Positions 25,264 through 34,735 are shown, counted from the stretch's first letter. The stretch is 64,000 nt of DNA from Lysobacterales bacterium (GCA_022844135.1 JALHMG010000005.1:91691-155690), one strand, 5' to 3'. A program made the numbers and translations. The notes: generated by a model from the sequence alone, not told the origin.

Positions 25264-25748
25264 CGTGCCCCCAACTCGTCGCGCAACAGCATTGCGCCCA
25301 TCCGTGCGTACTCGATCAATTCCATCAACGCGTTTTCGTCGGATTCTTCATCCGCATCGAAACTGACCTCGCTGCGGCCGATTTCGCGCAAATCGCTGAG
25401 CAACTCTTCGGCGTCGCTCGACAACTTGATCGATTTGTTCATGCCGCCCAATCCCAAACCGCCCAGAAAACCGCTGCACCAGTGGCGCAACGCTGCTGCG
25501 CGATCAGCAATCGCGCTGTCGTCGTCCGGTAACAGCAACGCGATGTTTCCTTCCTCCAGCGCACTGCGGCTGCCATCGAAGAGCGGCGCGAGCAGCGGCG
25601 CGTCCGGTAGCGACGCGTCCAGGATAAAGCCGTTCAGTTGCGTCTTGCCGGCGCACAAATAGCCGACGATGGAACCTTGCAATTCAGCGGCGCCCAGTCC
25701 TGCACCCAGGGCGTGAAGCTGCTGCTCGATTTCGTAATAGTTGTGCAT
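25260..25748 (-). CDS. ygfB: UPF0149/YgfB-family protein
   Basis: AELQGSIVGYLCAG and WCSGFLGGLG motifs. Overlaps the pepP start by 4 nt. Start at ATG 25748. Confidence 0.75.
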   Translation of the reverse strand: MHNYYEIEQQLHALGAGLGAAELQGSIVGYLCAGKTQLNGFILDASLPDAPLLAPLFDGSRSALEEGNIALLLPDDDSAIADRAAALRHWCSGFLGGLGLGGMNKSIKLSSDAEELLSDLREIGRSEVSFDADEESDENALMELIEYARMGAMLLRDELGAR

Positions 25749-25884
25749 GGCGGAAGCAAAGTGGGCATCGCGAGCATTGTAGCTGCCTGCGCCCGCGACT
25801 ACACAAAGTGACCTCGGCAAGCGGCGCATAAAGCCCGCACTGGGCTTAGACTGCAGCGATGCCAGTCGCATTCACTTTTCATCG

Positions 25885-28059
25885 ATGACCACCCTGGGCC
25901 TGCTGGCTCTCGGATTGGCGGCGTTGGCGGCCGGGTACTTGCTCGGGCGCCTGCACAGGCGCGAGGCGCCGCTGTCGCAATCTGCCGAGGCCGCCGACGA
26001 GCGCCTGGCCTGGGCGCTGTGGGGCAGCGGCGACAGCTTCTGGATCTGGGACCTCAAGAGCGATCGATTGAAATCCGCAGGGGCCGAATCCTCGCTCGGA
26101 TTCGGCAGCGATTTTGCGGTCAACGGCAAGGAGTGGCGCGATCGCTACGTCCATCGCGACGACCTGGCACGCGTCCTGAGCGCGATCGAACGCCATGTGC
26201 GCGGGGAAGCCGAGCACTATGAGGCCGAATACCGCTTGCGCGACGCCAAGAACCAATGGGTCTGGGTACGCGCGCGTGGCCGGATCGTGGCGCGCGATGA
26301 GGACGGGACACCGCGGACGATGGCCGGAACCTATCGGGTTGCCGAGCAAGCGCGCGCCATCGAGGCGCTGCGTCGCACCAGCGAGGCGGTGATTCAGCAC
26401 ATGCTCGAAGGCGTGGCGATCACCGATCTGTCGTACCACTTCGTGTCGGCCAATCCGGCGTTCCTGAAACTCACCGGCTACACCAGCGAGGAGTTGCTGG
26501 CGCAGTCTTCGACCATTCTCGACTCCACCCAGCACAGCGCGCAGTTCTACCGCGACATGCGTAAAGAGCTGGACGAACGCGGCGCGTGGTCTGGCGAAAT
26601 GTGGCAGCGGCGGCGCTCGGGCGACGATTTCCTGGCGTGGCTGCAGATCGCTGAGGTGTTGAGCCCGGAGGGCCAACGTACCAATTTTGTCGCGGTCCTG
26701 GCGGATGTGACCGACCGCAAGCGCGCCGAGCAGCGGCTGCGTTATCTGGCGCATTTCGATGCGCTTACCGGCTTGCCCAATCGCGCTTTCTTGCGTCACC
26801 GCTTGCGGCAAAAGATCGAAGGCGGCGGCAGCACGCGCTTTGCGCTGCTGTTTATGGACCTGGATCGCTTCAAACACGTCAACGACTCGCTCGGCCACGC
26901 GGCGGGAGACGAGTTGCTGCGCCAAGCCGCACGGCGCCTCACGCACGTGGTCGGCAACAAAGAGAATCTGGCGCGATTCGGCGGCGATGAGTTTACGGTC
27001 ATCGTCAGCGGCGATGTCAATGCGGAAATGGTCGAGAACCTGTGCGCCGAAATCCTCGACTCCTTCGCCGGCCCGCTGCTCGTCGACGGCCAGGAGGTGG
27101 CGATCTCGCCATCGATCGGCATCGCCTATTACCCCGACCAGGGGCGCACGCTCGATGAGCTGCTGCGCAACGCCGATGCCGCCATGTACGAGGCCAAGGC
27201 GCGCGGGCGCAACACCTATCGCGTGTACTCGGCGCGGCTTGCCGAAGATGCGTCTGATCGCACGCGCATGGAAACCGCGCTGCGCAAATCGCTCGATCGC
27301 GACGAGCTGCGTTTGGTCTACCAACCCAAGCTCAGCTTGCGCAGCGGACGCATCACCGGCGCCGAAGCCTTGCTCCGGTGGCGATCGGCGGAACTCGGCC
27401 ATGTGCCGCCCTCGAAGTTCATTCCGATGGCGGAAGAAACTGGCTTGATCCTGCCGCTCGGCGAGTGGGCGCTGCGTCAGGCGCTGAGCCAGGCGCGCGC
27501 CTGGAAAGACGCCGGCATGCCGGAAATCCGCATCGCGGTGAACGTCTCCAGCGTGCAATTAACCCGTGGCGGATATGCCGAGCTGGTCAAGAACGTGCTC
27601 GAAAACATGGGCCTGTCGCCAGGGTGGCTGGAAATCGAACTCACCGAAAGCGCGCTGATGGCCGACCCCAAGCGCGCCAGCGCAACCATCGCCGACCTGC
27701 GCGCGCTCGGCGTCAAAGTCGCCATCGACGACTTCGGCACCGGTTACTCGTCGCTCTCGTACCTGCGCGGCCTGGCCATCGATACCGTCAAGATCGACAA
27801 GAGTTTCGTCGATGGCATCGAGCACAACGTCGACGATGAAGTGCTCACCTCCACCATCGTGCTCATGGCGCATTCGCTGGGCCTCAGCGTCGTCGCCGAG
27901 GGCGTGGAGACCGAGCAGCAACTCACCTTCCTGCGCGGCGAGAACTGCGACGAGGTGCAAGGCTACTGGCTCGCGCGGCCTTTGGAAGCCGAGGCCTGTC
28001 GTACTTTTGTTTTTGATTATCGGATGCCGAAGGGGCTGGTGTTGGCGGGGGCGCGGTGA
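25885..28059 (+). CDS. membrane-anchored PAS/PAC-GGDEF-EAL c-di-GMP turnover protein
   Basis: N-terminal TM helix and two PAS/PAC regions. GGDEF domain (RFGGDEF). EAL domain (EALLRW, DDFGTGYSSLSYL, KIDKSF, EGVET). Confidence 0.9.
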   Translation: MTTLGLLALGLAALAAGYLLGRLHRREAPLSQSAEAADERLAWALWGSGDSFWIWDLKSDRLKSAGAESSLGFGSDFAVNGKEWRDRYVHRDDLARVLSAIERHVRGEAEHYEAEYRLRDAKNQWVWVRARGRIVARDEDGTPRTMAGTYRVAEQARAIEALRRTSEAVIQHMLEGVAITDLSYHFVSANPAFLKLTGYTSEELLAQSSTILDSTQHSAQFYRDMRKELDERGAWSGEMWQRRRSGDDFLAWLQIAEVLSPEGQRTNFVAVLADVTDRKRAEQRLRYLAHFDALTGLPNRAFLRHRLRQKIEGGGSTRFALLFMDLDRFKHVNDSLGHAAGDELLRQAARRLTHVVGNKENLARFGGDEFTVIVSGDVNAEMVENLCAEILDSFAGPLLVDGQEVAISPSIGIAYYPDQGRTLDELLRNADAAMYEAKARGRNTYRVYSARLAEDASDRTRMETALRKSLDRDELRLVYQPKLSLRSGRITGAEALLRWRSAELGHVPPSKFIPMAEETGLILPLGEWALRQALSQARAWKDAGMPEIRIAVNVSSVQLTRGGYAELVKNVLENMGLSPGWLEIELTESALMADPKRASATIADLRALGVKVAIDDFGTGYSSLSYLRGLAIDTVKIDKSFVDGIEHNVDDEVLTSTIVLMAHSLGLSVVAEGVETEQQLTFLRGENCDEVQGYWLARPLEAEACRTFVFDYRMPKGLVLAGAR

Positions 28060-28089
28060 ATTGGTTTTTGGTTGTTAGTTGCAGGACCG

Positions 28090-28611
28090 ATGCAAGCGTA
28101 TTTGAGCGGTCTATTTCTCATTTCATCTTTCGCCGTTCTGAGCAACTCGGCGTCTGTCAAAAATGACGAACCTGAAATCGTTGTCGATCGGCTCACAGGC
28201 TGCAGGGTTGAAGTGAACGGCCCTGGTCAGCGGGTTTTTCGCTGCCCAGAAACACTGTCCCTTTCAAGCGAAGCAGCGCGCGCACCCTTTGTGGATGAGC
28301 TGAAGCGCTTGGCGGGCAATAGCCCCAAGGAGTGTGGTTTGATCGGACTGGGGGATGCCGCCGAAGGCGCGATCGACTGCGCATTGCGAGCGCAAGCCAA
28401 TCGCAACAGCTTCTGGGTCGCGTTTCAAAGACAAGGAATCGACTCAGAACTCTGGACCGGCGCCGCGAGAGTTGGTGATTCGCTGGTGATCTTGAACTAC
28501 GACTCGAATGTCAGGGGACAATCTGAGATCGAACCGCACTTTTCGCGATACGTTTGCGAGAAGCTGCGTTTCGATCCCGATCACGTTTTGATGATTGCGT
28601 GCGCTCGGTAG
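28090..28611 (+). CDS. hypothetical secreted Cys-containing protein
   Basis: Sec-like signal MQAYLSGLFLISSFAVLSNSAS. No recognisable family. GC content is visibly lower than the flanks. Confidence 0.45.
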   Translation: MQAYLSGLFLISSFAVLSNSASVKNDEPEIVVDRLTGCRVEVNGPGQRVFRCPETLSLSSEAARAPFVDELKRLAGNSPKECGLIGLGDAAEGAIDCALRAQANRNSFWVAFQRQGIDSELWTGAARVGDSLVILNYDSNVRGQSEIEPHFSRYVCEKLRFDPDHVLMIACAR

Positions 28612-28665
28612 CTTTCGCACGCGTCCCTGCCGAATGCTGGTGCGCTATCCAGCGGAGAAGAGCAA

Positions 28666-29349
28666 ATGCCGACGCCAGAACTCGATACAACGCAACACGA
28701 CCTTGAATCAGTCTGGGAACTGAGAGAGGAGGTGTTGTATCCACAGCTGTTCGGCCCGGCATCCCGCGGCATCTTCGTACTGGAGGTCTCGGATTTCGCG
28801 GCTTTGGGCCATCCAGAGTGCGATCCACGTTGGTTGCATCTCGGCGTTTTCGAGTTTGCACCGACACCTGAGCGACCAAGCTGGCTGTACGCCACTTCCG
28901 GTGGTTCGACACCGTGGGAACAAGAACCCGATCAATACATGCCAGGCGCCGAATCCTGGCTTGGCTTCGAGTTCTTGATGGAGACGCCGCAACAGGCCGA
29001 TTGGCCGATCGTGTTGTTGAAACGACTATTCGCGTTTCAAGTGCTCGTCATGCATGGCCGCTTTGGCGACAAACCGAAAATCAGATACGGCGATCGGATT
29101 CCTATTCGCAGCCCCATCGATCGTGCGTCGTCGCAACTCGCTCATGTGATTGCCGTGGCGCCACAATGCGTACCAGCTCGTCAAACGTTGCCGTCGGGTT
29201 TCTTCGATTTCATTCAGTTCGTCGGCACCACGGGAGCAGAAATCGAGTTCGCAAAAGAGCACGGAACCGAAGCACTCAGGACGAGGCTGGCAGAGGCGGG
29301 CGCCGCCCCAGTCACGGATCCAGAACGTCCTGAAATTGCTATCCGATGA
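28666..29349 (+). CDS. suppressor-of-fused (SUFU)-like domain protein, possible orphan immunity protein
   Basis: Pattern typical of bacterial SUFU-family proteins: GVFEFAPTPERPSWLYATSGGS, GFEFLMETPQQADWPIVLLKRL, FIQFVGTTGAEIEFAKEHGTEAL. Assigned from memory of the family, not from an HMM hit. Confidence 0.55.
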   Translation: MPTPELDTTQHDLESVWELREEVLYPQLFGPASRGIFVLEVSDFAALGHPECDPRWLHLGVFEFAPTPERPSWLYATSGGSTPWEQEPDQYMPGAESWLGFEFLMETPQQADWPIVLLKRLFAFQVLVMHGRFGDKPKIRYGDRIPIRSPIDRASSQLAHVIAVAPQCVPARQTLPSGFFDFIQFVGTTGAEIEFAKEHGTEALRTRLAEAGAAPVTDPERPEIAIR

Positions 29350-29352
29350 GTA

Positions 29353-30717
29353 TCACAACTTAATCCGATAGCACGGCTTGTAAGCCTCCCCGCCCGGCAG
29401 CTTCATCCGGTGCTGCTCGACAAAGGCGCGCAGCAGGGCGTCCATGGCGCTCATGATCGCGGGTTCGCCGCTGATCTCGTAAGGGCCGTGGGCTTCGATG
29501 GCGCGGATGCCTTCTTCTTTGACGTTGCCCGCGACGATGCCGCTAAACGCACGGCGCAGGTCGGCCGCGAGCTCGTGGACGGGACGCCCGCGGTGCAATT
29601 CGAGCTTCGCCATCGCCTCGTGTGTGGGCGCGAAACGGTACTGGAAGGCGTCGGGAATTTTCAGCGTCCAGTTGTAGAAGAACGCGTCTTTGGTGTCGAT
29701 GCGATGCTCGGTGACCACGGCCATTTGCTGGCGCAAGTACTGCGCAACCTCGCGCGGGTTGTCGACAATGATCCGATAGCGCGAAGCGGCGTCATCGCCT
29801 AACACCAGACGCAGGAACGCATCGATCTGCTGGAAGTAGGCGGCGCTTTGCTTGGGCCCGGTGAACACCACCGGATACGGCGACTGGGCGTTGTCCGGGT
29901 GCAGCAAAATGCCCAGCAGATAAAGAATTTCCTCAGCCGTACCGACGCCGCCGGGGAACACGATGATCGCGTGGCCGACACGCACGAAAGCCTCCAGGCG
30001 CTTCTCGATGTCCGGCATGATCACCAGGTGATTGACGATCGGATTCGGCGACTCGGCGGCAATGATCCCAGGCTCGGTAATACCGATGTAGCGTGTATCG
30101 GTGAAGCGCTGCTTCGCATGCGCGATCGTGGCGCCTTTCATCGGGCCCTTCATCGCACCCGGTCCGCAGCCGGTGCAGATATCCAAGCCGCGAAGGCCCA
30201 GCTCATAGCCGACCTTCTTCGTGTACTCGTACTCGGTGCGCCCGATCGAATGGCCGCCCCAGCAGACCACCAGATTCGGCTCGCGTGCGGCGCGCAGGAT
30301 GCCGGCGTTGCGCAAGATGTCGAAGACCGCGTTGGTGATGCCCTCGGACTCGCCCATATTGGCGCGCGTCTTGATTTCGTTCTCGACGTACAGGATGTCG
30401 CGCAGCACCGCAAACAACAGGTGGCGGATGCCGCGGATGATTTCGCCGTCGACAAAAGCGCCGGCCGGCGCGTTGATCAGATCGAGCTTCACGCCGCGAT
30501 CTTGTTGTACAACGCGCACGTCGAAATCCGGATGCCGCGCCAGCACCGCACGCGCACTATCGCTCTCGCTGCCCGTCGTCAGCACCGCCAGCGCGCACTG
30601 ACGGAACAGCTGATACAAGCTACCAGTGGTCGCTTCCATCAATCGCCGAACTTCGGCCTTCGATAGCACGTCCATGCCGACTTCGGGATTGATGCGTGCG
30701 CTGATGCGTTGTTGCAT
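29353..30717 (-). CDS. ppnN: nucleotide 5'-monophosphate nucleosidase PpnN (LOG family)
   Basis: Colinear with E. coli PpnN/YgdH (LYQLFRQCALAV, RGVKLDLINAP, CWGGHSI, PGGVGTAEE). 454 aa from ATG 30717. The 15 extra codons of the listed ORF reach to within a few nt of the heptamer repeat (from 30751). Confidence 0.85.
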   Translation of the reverse strand: MQQRISARINPEVGMDVLSKAEVRRLMEATTGSLYQLFRQCALAVLTTGSESDSARAVLARHPDFDVRVVQQDRGVKLDLINAPAGAFVDGEIIRGIRHLLFAVLRDILYVENEIKTRANMGESEGITNAVFDILRNAGILRAAREPNLVVCWGGHSIGRTEYEYTKKVGYELGLRGLDICTGCGPGAMKGPMKGATIAHAKQRFTDTRYIGITEPGIIAAESPNPIVNHLVIMPDIEKRLEAFVRVGHAIIVFPGGVGTAEEILYLLGILLHPDNAQSPYPVVFTGPKQSAAYFQQIDAFLRLVLGDDAASRYRIIVDNPREVAQYLRQQMAVVTEHRIDTKDAFFYNWTLKIPDAFQYRFAPTHEAMAKLELHRGRPVHELAADLRRAFSGIVAGNVKEEGIRAIEAHGPYEISGEPAIMSAMDALLRAFVEQHRMKLPGGEAYKPCYRIKL

Positions 30718-30750
30718 GGTGAGGCTGGCCTTTTGCGTGGGGCGGGAATA

Positions 30751-30779
30751 GTCGATGGTCAAAGGTCAATGGTCAATGG
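30751..30779. repeat. GGTCAAT heptamer array, left arm of a perfect 19-bp inverted repeat
   Basis: gtcgatGGTCAAAGGTCAATGGTCAATgg. Positions 30751-30769 are the exact reverse complement of 30961-30979. Confidence 0.9.
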
Positions 30780-30960
30780 GATGTTGAAGACAGCTTCCCA
30801 TTTTGATGGACGCGATGGCCGGTCTGGTCGGTCAATAGTCAATCGGATAACAGAGGCGGCTCTTCCCGGCATCGGGGAGATGTCCTGGTTATTGGTCCGC
30901 TGGAAAAACGCGCAGCCGAAGGTGTGGCAAGACACGGACGATGCAATGGTCTGCTTCCGG

Positions 30961-30979
30961 TTGACCTTTGACCATCGAC
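30961..30979. repeat. right arm of the 19-bp inverted repeat (TTGACC units)
   Basis: ttgacctttgaccatcgac is the reverse complement of gtcgatggtcaaaggtcaa. Confidence 0.9.
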
Positions 30980-30991
30980 TCGCCGGGTCCT

Positions 30992-32002
30992 TCAGGCTGC
31001 CATCACCGCCAACTGATCGGACGTCACGCCGCCCTTGATCAACTTGGCGTTGAAGCCGCGTTCGGCAAGCAGGAACGTGGCGGAAGCGCTGCGGCGGCCA
31101 GTGTCGCAATAGATCCAGTATTCGAGTTCTGGATCGAGCAACTTTGCGGCGTCGCGAATGCGCGCGAGCGGGACGTTGATTGCGCCGGACAAATGACCGC
31201 GCTCATATTCGCCTGGCAGGCGCACATCGATCAGATGGACGCCAGACCGCAAATCGCTCAAGCTCGCTTCGCGCAACATCGGCGCCTTGAGCAGGCGCGA
31301 AAACTGCGCGCTCGCCAGGCGCATCAACTTGCAACGCGTCAACGCACGCACGGTGGCATTGCGCGGCTCGCCAGAAACCAGGGCCTCTTCGCCGAACCCA
31401 CGGCCGACACCAAGCTGCGCCAGCTCTTCCTCAGAGTGGCCGTCTTCCAGGATGACCTGGGCGCGGCCTTCGGTGATGACGTAGTAATAGTCGCCAGGAT
31501 CGCCCTGCTTGATGATGTTCTCGCCGGCCTGGATTTGCACGGCTTCCATGCTCGCCAGGATTTGCGCGATGTTGCCGGGCGGGATGCGCAGGAACGCTTT
31601 GCTTTGCAGCAACGCGGTCACCCAATCGGTGTCCCGCGCAGGATCGTCGACGCCGCCGGTCTGTGACCAGGTCAGCATCACGTCGAGCAACTCGCGATCG
31701 ACGAAGAGCACCTGACAGGCCTTGACGCAAAGCGCCGTGGCGGAGCGCCGATGTCCCGGCGCAAGCGCGTGTTTTGCGTCGGGGTCAGCTGCTGAAAGTC
31801 GCGTTGCCGACATCGACGCATCGACCAGATCGATTTCGCCGTCGATCAGGAACGCTTGCGTGCGCGCCATCTCGCCGCGATTGAAGATCACCTGACCCGG
31901 CTGGTAGTTGACCAGACTCGACTGCTTCGCCAGCTGTGTACGATCGGCGGGCGGCAGCGACTGCAAAGGCACGAAGCGCCCAAACAACCCGATGTTGACC
32001 AT
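30992..32002 (-). CDS. protein with two cNMP-binding domains and a C-terminal rhodanese domain
   Basis: The second cNMP domain is canonical (FGEEALVSGEPRNATVRA). The first is degenerate. Rhodanese has active-site loop YCDTGRRSA. It follows petC directly. The start could instead be at 32056. Confidence 0.8.
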   Translation of the reverse strand: MVNIGLFGRFVPLQSLPPADRTQLAKQSSLVNYQPGQVIFNRGEMARTQAFLIDGEIDLVDASMSATRLSAADPDAKHALAPGHRRSATALCVKACQVLFVDRELLDVMLTWSQTGGVDDPARDTDWVTALLQSKAFLRIPPGNIAQILASMEAVQIQAGENIIKQGDPGDYYYVITEGRAQVILEDGHSEEELAQLGVGRGFGEEALVSGEPRNATVRALTRCKLMRLASAQFSRLLKAPMLREASLSDLRSGVHLIDVRLPGEYERGHLSGAINVPLARIRDAAKLLDPELEYWIYCDTGRRSASATFLLAERGFNAKLIKGGVTSDQLAVMAA

Positions 32003-32061
32003 GGCGGCTATCCAATCCGTGATCGGGTTGGGCGCCACCGAACGGCGGCGCCCCAAAGGGT

Positions 32062-32820
32062 TCAGTGAACGTCCTTCCAGTACTCGTGCTTGAGCATGTA
32101 CGCAACGCCAGTAAACAACAGCAGATAGAGCAATACCCAGAGACCATAACGTTCGCGCTGCAGCGCCGCCGGTTCGCCCACATATTCGAGGAAGGTTGCG
32201 ACGTCGCGCGCGTCCTGCCGATACTGCTCCGGCGTGCGCGTGCCCTCTTTGATCAGTTCGAATGTCGGTCCACTGTGACCGTCGCCTTGAGCCTCGCCAT
32301 CCTCAGGTTGGACGAGCACCTGCACGCCCTGCAGATCCCACATCACATGCGGCATGCTGGCATTCGGAAATACGGTGTTATTCCAGCCCACCGGACGCGT
32401 CGGGTCTGGATAAAAGGACAACAGGTAAGTGTAGATCCAGTTCGGACCGTCGTTCCGTGCGCGAGCGACGAGCGACAGATCAGGCGGCGCTTTGCCGAAC
32501 CAGTCTTCGCCTCCGGCGCTGTCGCCAGTGCCGACCGGCATATTGGCCTTGATCGTATCGCCGAACTTTGCACCCGTGAAGTTCAGGTACTTCATGACTT
32601 GATCTTCGGAAAGACCCAAGTCTTCGGCCAGACGCGAGTAGCGCATGTACTGCAGCGAATGGCAGCTCGCACAGTAGTTGAAATAGAGCTGTGCACCGCG
32701 CTGCAACGAGGCGCGATCAGAGATGTTGGTGCCGGCGTTGAGCAGCTTCGGGCCAGGACCCGCAGCCAATGCAACGCTGCCGACCAGTGCCAGCAACACG
32801 GAGAGGAAAGGCTTAATCAT
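32062..32820 (-). CDS. petC: cytochrome c1 of the bc1 complex
   Basis: Signal peptide, heme motif CASCHS and C-terminal TM anchor. Confidence 0.9.
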   Translation of the reverse strand: MIKPFLSVLLALVGSVALAAGPGPKLLNAGTNISDRASLQRGAQLYFNYCASCHSLQYMRYSRLAEDLGLSEDQVMKYLNFTGAKFGDTIKANMPVGTGDSAGGEDWFGKAPPDLSLVARARNDGPNWIYTYLLSFYPDPTRPVGWNNTVFPNASMPHVMWDLQGVQVLVQPEDGEAQGDGHSGPTFELIKEGTRTPEQYRQDARDVATFLEYVGEPAALQRERYGLWVLLYLLLFTGVAYMLKHEYWKDVH

Positions 32821-34051
32821 GCATCGTCACCCGCTCAGGCACCGGCTTCACCGAATCGATCGCGGTAAAGAACGGCATTGCTGCGAAGAAACCAAAATAG
32901 ATAAAGGTGCAAATCCGCGCGACCAGTGTCTGCGTCTCGCTGCCCGCCTGCAGGCCCAGATAACCCAGGGTCACGAAGGACACCGCGAACAGAGCCAAAG
33001 CGATCTTGGTTAGCGGACCGCGATAACGGATCGAACGCACCGGGCTGCGATCCAGCCATGGCACCAGGAACAGAATCAACACGGCAGCGCCCATCACCAC
33101 GACGCCAAAAAACTTGTCCGGCACCGCGCGCAACATCGCGTAGTACGGGGTGAAGTACCACACCGGCTTGATTTGCGCTGGCGTCACCAGGGGATCGGCG
33201 GGCGCAAAATTGTCGTACTCCAGAAACAGGTCGCCAAAGGTCGGCTCAAAGAAGATCACGAACGCAAAAAGCGTCAGGAACACGCCAGCGCCAAACAAGT
33301 CTTTGACCGTGTAGTACGGGTGGAACGGGATGCCATCGAGCGGTTTGCCGGAAGCGTCTTTCTTCTTTTTGATCTCGATACCATCGGGATTATTCGAGCC
33401 CACTTCGTGCAGCGCGCCCAGGTGCAGAACGACAAGCAACAGCAGCGCAATCGGCAGCGCCACCACATGCAGCGCGAAGAAACGATTGATCGTCGAATCG
33501 GACGGCAAGTAATCGCCTTGGATGAAGACCACGAGATCGGGGCCGATCACCGGAATTGCGCCGAACAAGGACACGATCACTTGCGCGCCCCAGAACGACA
33601 TCTGACCCCACGGCAACACGTAACCTAAGAAGGCTTCGGCCATCAGCAGCAGGAATATGACCACGCCAAGCACCCAGATCAGCTCGCGGGGCTTCTGGTA
33701 AGACCCGTAGAGCAGCGCGCGGAACATGTGCAAATAGACGACGATGAAAAAGAACGAGGCGCCGGTGGAATGCATGTACCGGATCAGCCAGCCCCACTCC
33801 ACATCACGCATGATGTACTCGACCGAGGAAAACGCCTCTGCGGCGCTCGGTTTGTAGTGCATCGTCAGGAAAATGCCGGTAACGATCTGGTTGACCAGCA
33901 CCAGCAGCGCCAGCGAGCCGAAGTAATACCAGACGTTGAAGTTTTTCGGCGCGTAATACTGGCCGACGTGCTTATTCCAGAAATCCATCACCGGCATGCG
34001 CTGGTCCAGCCAGCCCAGCACACCCGTCATGGTGCTTGTACGCTCGCCCAT
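32813..34051 (-). CDS. petB: cytochrome b of the bc1 complex
   Basis: NFNVWYYFGSLAL, MHYKPS, RYMHSTGASFFF and PWGQMSFWGA. The ATG overlaps the petA stop (TAATG). Confidence 0.9.
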   Translation of the reverse strand: MGERTSTMTGVLGWLDQRMPVMDFWNKHVGQYYAPKNFNVWYYFGSLALLVLVNQIVTGIFLTMHYKPSAAEAFSSVEYIMRDVEWGWLIRYMHSTGASFFFIVVYLHMFRALLYGSYQKPRELIWVLGVVIFLLLMAEAFLGYVLPWGQMSFWGAQVIVSLFGAIPVIGPDLVVFIQGDYLPSDSTINRFFALHVVALPIALLLLVVLHLGALHEVGSNNPDGIEIKKKKDASGKPLDGIPFHPYYTVKDLFGAGVFLTLFAFVIFFEPTFGDLFLEYDNFAPADPLVTPAQIKPVWYFTPYYAMLRAVPDKFFGVVVMGAAVLILFLVPWLDRSPVRSIRYRGPLTKIALALFAVSFVTLGYLGLQAGSETQTLVARICTFIYFGFFAAMPFFTAIDSVKPVPERVTMHD

Positions 34052-34650
34052 TATGCCGCCTCCGTCTCGCCGATCACTACGCGCACATCGCCCTCGAAGC
34101 GATAGGGCGGCACCGCCAGATTGGTCGGCGCCGGCGAACCCTGATACACGCGTCCTGCCATGTCGAAACGCGAGTTGTGGCACGGGCAGAAATAACCGCC
34201 CTTCCATTGCGCATCCCATGGCTCGGGCTGCACCACAGGATGCAGCTTGGGCGAGCAACCCAGGTGCGTGCACGAGCCAATCAGCACCAGCAGCTCAGGC
34301 TTGAGCGAGCGGTGCGAATTGCGCGCGAATTCCGGCAGCGCCGTCTCGTCGTCGTTCGCCGAGTCGGGATCCTTCAGCCGGCCGCTTTCTCCGGCGAGCG
34401 TGCCCAGCATGGCCTCGTCTCGTCTGACGACGAACACCGGCTTGCCACGCCAGGCAACAACCAACTGCTGCCCTGGATTGAGCTTGTCGATCGGCGCCAC
34501 GACCGGCGCACCGGCAGCGACCGCTCGAGCGCTCGGTTTCCAGGCGCTTAAAAAGGGGACGGCAGCGAAAACGCCACCCACGCCGCCCACCACCACCGTC
34601 GATGCGGTGAGGAAGCGACGACGCCCGTGGTTAACGGACTCTGTTGCCAT
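34051..34650 (-). CDS. petA: ubiquinol-cytochrome c reductase Rieske Fe-S subunit
   Basis: Tat-like RRRFL plus Rieske boxes CTHLGC and CPCHNS. Confidence 0.9.
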   Translation of the reverse strand: MATESVNHGRRRFLTASTVVVGGVGGVFAAVPFLSAWKPSARAVAAGAPVVAPIDKLNPGQQLVVAWRGKPVFVVRRDEAMLGTLAGESGRLKDPDSANDDETALPEFARNSHRSLKPELLVLIGSCTHLGCSPKLHPVVQPEPWDAQWKGGYFCPCHNSRFDMAGRVYQGSPAPTNLAVPPYRFEGDVRVVIGETEAA

Positions 34651-34735
34651 GCTGTCAAGGCTCCATGCGAAACGTAATCCCAGTACAAACGAGGCGCTCC
34701 AGCTTCGTCTGCATCAATCAGCTGAAGTTTACAGG

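Noticed and set aside
23965-27558. Long antisense ORFs 23965-25662 (+) and 25879-27558 (-)
   Set aside because: They lie opposite pepP/ygfB and the GGDEF-EAL gene respectively, both of which carry diagnostic catalytic motifs. The antisense translations carry none.
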